Made by a program: the position numbers and the translations under genes. Of a stretch of 64,000 nucleotides of DNA, positions 59,074 to 64,000 are shown one piece after another; position 1 is the stretch's first letter, and every line of letters starts with the position of its first letter. The stretch spans positions 288,001-352,000 of the forward strand of contig CAVUZH010000019.1 in the NCBI GenBank assembly GCA_963745835.1. Reading direction: 5' to 3'. The DNA is from an uncultured delta proteobacterium. GTDB taxonomy: Bacteria; Desulfobacterota; Binatia; UBA9968. A model generated the notes under the pieces. It saw only the letters and a program-made list of their open reading frames with translations, was not told where the DNA came from and ran no database searches.

Positions 59074-60147
59074 TCAATCGGGTCGAACTCTCGGCGTCTC
59101 CGGCACTGCTCCGGGCCGCCGCGCTTCGCTTAGCTCGGAAGGTTCCTTTGCTAACCCGGCGCCAATCAAACTGTCGATGGTGACAAGCTTGGCCAGTTCC
59201 TCCGCCGGCATGCCTTCAGTGCCGGCAGGTCGCTTTGGCAAAACAAAATAGCGAACGTCCGAAGTGCTGTCCCACACCCGAATCTCCTGTTCGGCAGGAA
59301 GCTCTAGCGAGAACATCTCCTGGAGCACAGCGCGTGGCGTCTGCACAATTCGTTCTTTATAGATATCATGCTTATACCACCATGGGGTATCGCCGAGAAT
59401 GTCGTACGGATAGCAGGAGCATAAAGTGCAAACGACGACATTGTGAACAGTCTCGGTATTTTCCACAACGCGCAACTTGCCGATCTTGCCCTGGTGCACA
59501 CCCATTTCCCTGAGCGCTTCCCTTCCGCTCGTCAGCAAAGCCTGTTTAAATTCCGGATCTGTCCAGGCTTTGGCGACGATGACCGCGCCGGCCCAGGGCC
59601 GCTCCTCATGAAGTTGCTTCCAGCGCTGCTCTAACTCTTGTCGTGTTGCCCAGTGCCGCTCGATCAGGGCTTGCACGAAAACCTCGAGCAGTTCCTGGTA
59701 ATCTTTTAGATCCTGCTCCAAACTGATCATGCGCTCTTCCAGGGTGCCGTGATGCTCTTTCTTTTTGATCCTGAAAAAATCATCGTAATCGCCGCGCTCC
59801 TTGCGGTTATCTTCGATTACCATGTCCATGCCTTCGACGCTGCGTGAAGAAACAAGCGCGATCCCCTTGACGTACTCGTCGAGCCATTCTTCCAGATAAC
59901 GCACCCGAGCTTCCAAATTTTTGCCCTGAGGTTTTCTCGTCTCGAAGAATTGGTTAGCGCGTTTGAGCGCGGCGCGCGCCTTTAGCAAATCGTAAAACGT
60001 AACGATACCCCGGCGGATGAGATAAATAATGCGCGGCTCCAAACGCTTCGCCCGGTAGTATTCCAAGTCCTCTTCGACGGCGGTGATGTGAGCCTCATAA
60101 TCGTGCATGTGCCCTTCGAAAGGCTTGTGTCCATGTTTGCCTGACAT
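59074..60147 (-). CDS. Co-type nitrile hydratase alpha / thiocyanate hydrolase gamma-like subunit with long N-terminal extension
   Basis: GAVIVAKAWTDPEFK, VENT..VHNVVVCTLCSCYP, P.WYK, VWDSTSDVRYFVLPKRP.GTEG. Confidence 0.9.
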   Translation of the reverse strand: MSGKHGHKPFEGHMHDYEAHITAVEEDLEYYRAKRLEPRIIYLIRRGIVTFYDLLKARAALKRANQFFETRKPQGKNLEARVRYLEEWLDEYVKGIALVSSRSVEGMDMVIEDNRKERGDYDDFFRIKKKEHHGTLEERMISLEQDLKDYQELLEVFVQALIERHWATRQELEQRWKQLHEERPWAGAVIVAKAWTDPEFKQALLTSGREALREMGVHQGKIGKLRVVENTETVHNVVVCTLCSCYPYDILGDTPWWYKHDIYKERIVQTPRAVLQEMFSLELPAEQEIRVWDSTSDVRYFVLPKRPAGTEGMPAEELAKLVTIDSLIGAGLAKEPSELSEARRPGAVPETPRVRPD

Positions 60148-60260
60148 ATCGATTCTCCGTTACTATTGGTGCTTGGACGAGCTAAGAATATGTCCCGCGC
60201 TATCCATAAGAATGGCGGCTTTTTCTCGGCCTGTTGGGCACCTAATCACTGTAGCAGCCG

Positions 60261-61979
60261 TCAGTGAGTGTCGAAAATCTCCTGGTACTGTTTCAGCTTG
60301 TCTTTGGTAGCGTCGCGCTCCGCGGCGCTTGGCTTTGCCGCATCCGCTGCCGGCGGCAAGCATCCGAATTTCAGGAGACAGGCCATCAACAACAGCCGCG
60401 CTTTAGTAGCGGTAAGATTATTGCCGGCGATGGCTAAAGGGTCTCGTTTGGCGTCGACAAAGCCGCTGGCGTTGCCCCTGCCGACTTTAACCACTGGCAT
60501 GCCGCTAAAAGTGGCTCGTTTGAGGGCCGCATCAACGGAATTGCTCATCGCACCAAAAGGCGCTGAGCCTTCGGCGACAAAACCAGCCAGTGGCGCAGTA
60601 TGCAGGTTCCTGTCGATTCGCGCGAGAATATCGACTTCTTGCTCGGCGCTGCCGGCAGTGTCTTCGGGAAGGTAGCGCGCATGCTTGAGTAGAGTGACCT
60701 TTGGAATTGCTGTCGCCAGCAAATTTCTTGTCCCATCCTTTATTGGCACCGCAATGGTGCCGATATGTGATCCTTGCATTCTGGAACCCTGAACCTGATC
60801 CGGCAGGTGTCGCGTATTCACCAACGAGTTGTGCGTATGCCGCTTGACCGTTTTGAACGAGAACTGCGGCGCGCCGGGATGGCCGATCCTGCCGATAATG
60901 CCGCCATGACCGCCCGTGGCAACGTACCCACCCGGGCGCGCGTCGGCTTTTTGCACGTCGCGCGAGGTGAAAATCTGTTCGTCCAGGATAGCCACGGCGC
61001 CGACGCAATCGTTTCCCGACTCATCAGCCCAAATTCTTGAACTGATATAATCCACCGAATCAACGATGTTGCGATCTCCGTCATTGCCGATGGCGCCATG
61101 CGGCCGTTGGGAAGAATTTCCGACAATAGGCACCGCCGTATCGATCAATAGATTGAGCCAATAAATTGTTTCTTCGACGAATGGGCTTCCCTCCAACCAA
61201 ATGGCGCCAGAATACTTTCCGCTGCTCAGCGCGCCTTGGACGATGTTGGTGACCCGTGCGAGTGCCGACATCGGCGGCTCTTGACGCAAGTACGGCGGTC
61301 GATAAGGAAAAAAATCCGTGCCGCGGATTTCCGGCGCAATCTCGCCGCTTCCCATATCCGTGCGCTCGCCGGCGCTTCGTCCTTTCGCGTACCCGCCGGA
61401 AGGGAGCGCGCGGTAGAAGTCAAACTCGGCCTTGCCGCTAAGCAAACAACCGACGCCCTCCTCGGATATGCCAAGACGATCTATTTCTTCAAACAGCCTG
61501 GCACCGTCGGGGAAAAATGGCACCCGGCAGAGTTCTGCCGGCACATCTTTATCTGTTCCGTCCATTTCCCAGGGCTGGCCATTGGCTTGTCGCGCCATAT
61601 AGGGCAAAGGATAAAGGCCGTCCTCCGGCTTGAGCGTGACTTCATAAACCGGTTTGTCCTCAGGACTCATGCGCTTTTGATGAAAAGCGCCGGCGGCGTC
61701 GAGATAGCCGTCCGGAGGTCCGTAGAGTTCCGCCGAGTCGCGTTCCAGTGGGTGAGCGCTAAATTGTTCGACATAAACAGTCACTGGCGCAGCGAGCCGT
61801 TGCGGCCTTAGAACATCGAAACGAAGGGGAGTACCATCGGGCTGGTTCCGCGGCGATAAACCATATTTCGCACGCGCCTTGTTGCTCGTCACCAATGGCT
61901 CGCTGTTTTGGATGGTCGCCGTCGGTCCTGAAAAAACTGCGATACGAGGCTTTTTACCAGCCTTCATTGGGTCTGCCAC
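60261..61979 (-). CDS. Asparaginase/glutaminase-fold amidohydrolase, atypical
   Basis: GPTATI, EGSPFVEET, SQRP, DGDRN, RDVQK, C-terminal NLTATKARLLLM. Confidence 0.72.
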   Translation of the reverse strand: MADPMKAGKKPRIAVFSGPTATIQNSEPLVTSNKARAKYGLSPRNQPDGTPLRFDVLRPQRLAAPVTVYVEQFSAHPLERDSAELYGPPDGYLDAAGAFHQKRMSPEDKPVYEVTLKPEDGLYPLPYMARQANGQPWEMDGTDKDVPAELCRVPFFPDGARLFEEIDRLGISEEGVGCLLSGKAEFDFYRALPSGGYAKGRSAGERTDMGSGEIAPEIRGTDFFPYRPPYLRQEPPMSALARVTNIVQGALSSGKYSGAIWLEGSPFVEETIYWLNLLIDTAVPIVGNSSQRPHGAIGNDGDRNIVDSVDYISSRIWADESGNDCVGAVAILDEQIFTSRDVQKADARPGGYVATGGHGGIIGRIGHPGAPQFSFKTVKRHTHNSLVNTRHLPDQVQGSRMQGSHIGTIAVPIKDGTRNLLATAIPKVTLLKHARYLPEDTAGSAEQEVDILARIDRNLHTAPLAGFVAEGSAPFGAMSNSVDAALKRATFSGMPVVKVGRGNASGFVDAKRDPLAIAGNNLTATKARLLLMACLLKFGCLPPAADAAKPSAAERDATKDKLKQYQEIFDTH

Positions 61980-62099
61980 CTAAATCTCCGCTGCTGACGA
62001 ACGTTGGGAGTTGAACGAGTGTGCTCACGGGTCCGGAGCTTTCAAAGCCGATCGCGAGACTCTACTCAAGCTTACCGCAACACCGACCTGGCCAGCAAA

Positions 62100-62693
62100 T
62101 TACTTGAGCTCGTAGGGAATCTGCTCCGGCCCGTAGCCTTGCCAATATCTTTTTGTCGCCGGATCATAGCGTCCCTGTAAGAAACCGCCGGCTTTTTGGG
62201 CCCGGACGATAATCGCAACCGTGCGCTCTTCGCCGCTCTGTTCGGCATGAATCTGAAAAGGCCCGACGAGGTCTACTTTTCCCGGACCTACGTTTACTTT
62301 CTCCGTCTGACGGATATCGGCGTAATCGGATTTTGCGCCATCATCAAGCCGCTCATACCGTTCAATTGACTCATGACCGTCAAGCACCCCATAGAGGGTC
62401 CAGTTGTGCGCATGGTCATGGATCTGTGTTCGCGTCTTTGGGCTCTTTATCAAGCCGTTGATGACGAACTTATACTCCGGATCTTCGTAAAAAAGCAGAT
62501 TTTGCGCGCGCTCATCGCCTTGCCGGCAAGCAGGCCAGTCCTTTGACTGTTCTTTTATCGAGCGATCGCCGATCAAAGCCTCCAGCAAGGGAGTCATCTT
62601 TTTCCATCGCTCGGCAGGATCTTTTTCCTGAGTGAAAAGCTCACGTGCCGATGTGATGAACCGTTGAACTGCAGATTGCGAACTGGAAGTCAT
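62100..62693 (-). CDS. Cysteine dioxygenase-like cupin
   Basis: TQIHDH...YGVLDGHE...YER.DDG...IHAE (3-His cupin pattern). Confidence 0.72.
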   Translation of the reverse strand: MTSSSQSAVQRFITSARELFTQEKDPAERWKKMTPLLEALIGDRSIKEQSKDWPACRQGDERAQNLLFYEDPEYKFVINGLIKSPKTRTQIHDHAHNWTLYGVLDGHESIERYERLDDGAKSDYADIRQTEKVNVGPGKVDLVGPFQIHAEQSGEERTVAIIVRAQKAGGFLQGRYDPATKRYWQGYGPEQIPYELK

Positions 62694-62783
62694 AAGTCCT
62701 CCTGTGTCCCGGTAACCGTCAAGTAATTATTAGTCAGACTGCCCGCTCCAGGTCAAGGAGAATGGCGCGTTTATCATGGGGAA

Positions 62784-62807
62784 GACAGGGCGGGAGGCCC
62801 GCCTGTC
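62784..62807 (-). terminator. GC-rich hairpin downstream of ahcY (terminator or REP-like)
   Basis: GACAGG(G)CGGG-AGG-CCCGCCTGTC; weak U-tract. Confidence 0.4.
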
Positions 62808-62847
62808 CGAAGCACTGAAGATTGACCTTACGAATTTACCAACGAGT

Positions 62848-64000
<1,153 letters not shown>

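Noticed and set aside
59074-60147. NHLP RiPP precursor
   Set aside because: Retains the full CTLCSC metal motif and whole alpha domain; no Gly-Gly core peptide and no YcaO/LanM genes nearby

Overview
Bacterial chromosomal window, mostly accessory metabolism, with no rRNA, tRNA, CRISPR or intact mobile element that I can see. The gene content (many orphan SsuA/NMT1-like binding proteins, repeated Amidohydro_2 enzymes, VOC proteins, TctC) resembles Candidatus Binatia/Binatota-type genomes; this is inference only. From left to right: an oxidative-stress cluster (partial sod, dps, cupin, glutathionyl-hydroquinone reductase); a DUF58/BatA-vWA/DUF4159/vWA-GATase operon; MBL hydrolases; orphan secreted proteins; a VOC/decarboxylase/Rid/amidohydrolase catabolic cluster; LLM, FAH, an aminotransferase and msrP; a xanthine-dehydrogenase-family M-L-S operon; MFS and GT4; a DnaA-box cluster beside a small Zn-finger gene; an archaeal-type topoisomerase VI operon (top6B carries a 1-nt frameshift); and partial ahcY. 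The best candidate for a novel system is at 57.7-62.7 kb. It is a cobalt-type nitrile/thiocyanate-hydratase-like enzyme with a rearranged architecture: an alpha subunit with a ~140-aa triple-repeat, His-rich N-terminal extension, plus a stand-alone SH3-like beta C-terminal subunit. It is flanked by an amidohydrolase, an atypical asparaginase-fold enzyme and a cysteine-dioxygenase-like cupin. All assignments come from motif recognition by eye; no database search was run.
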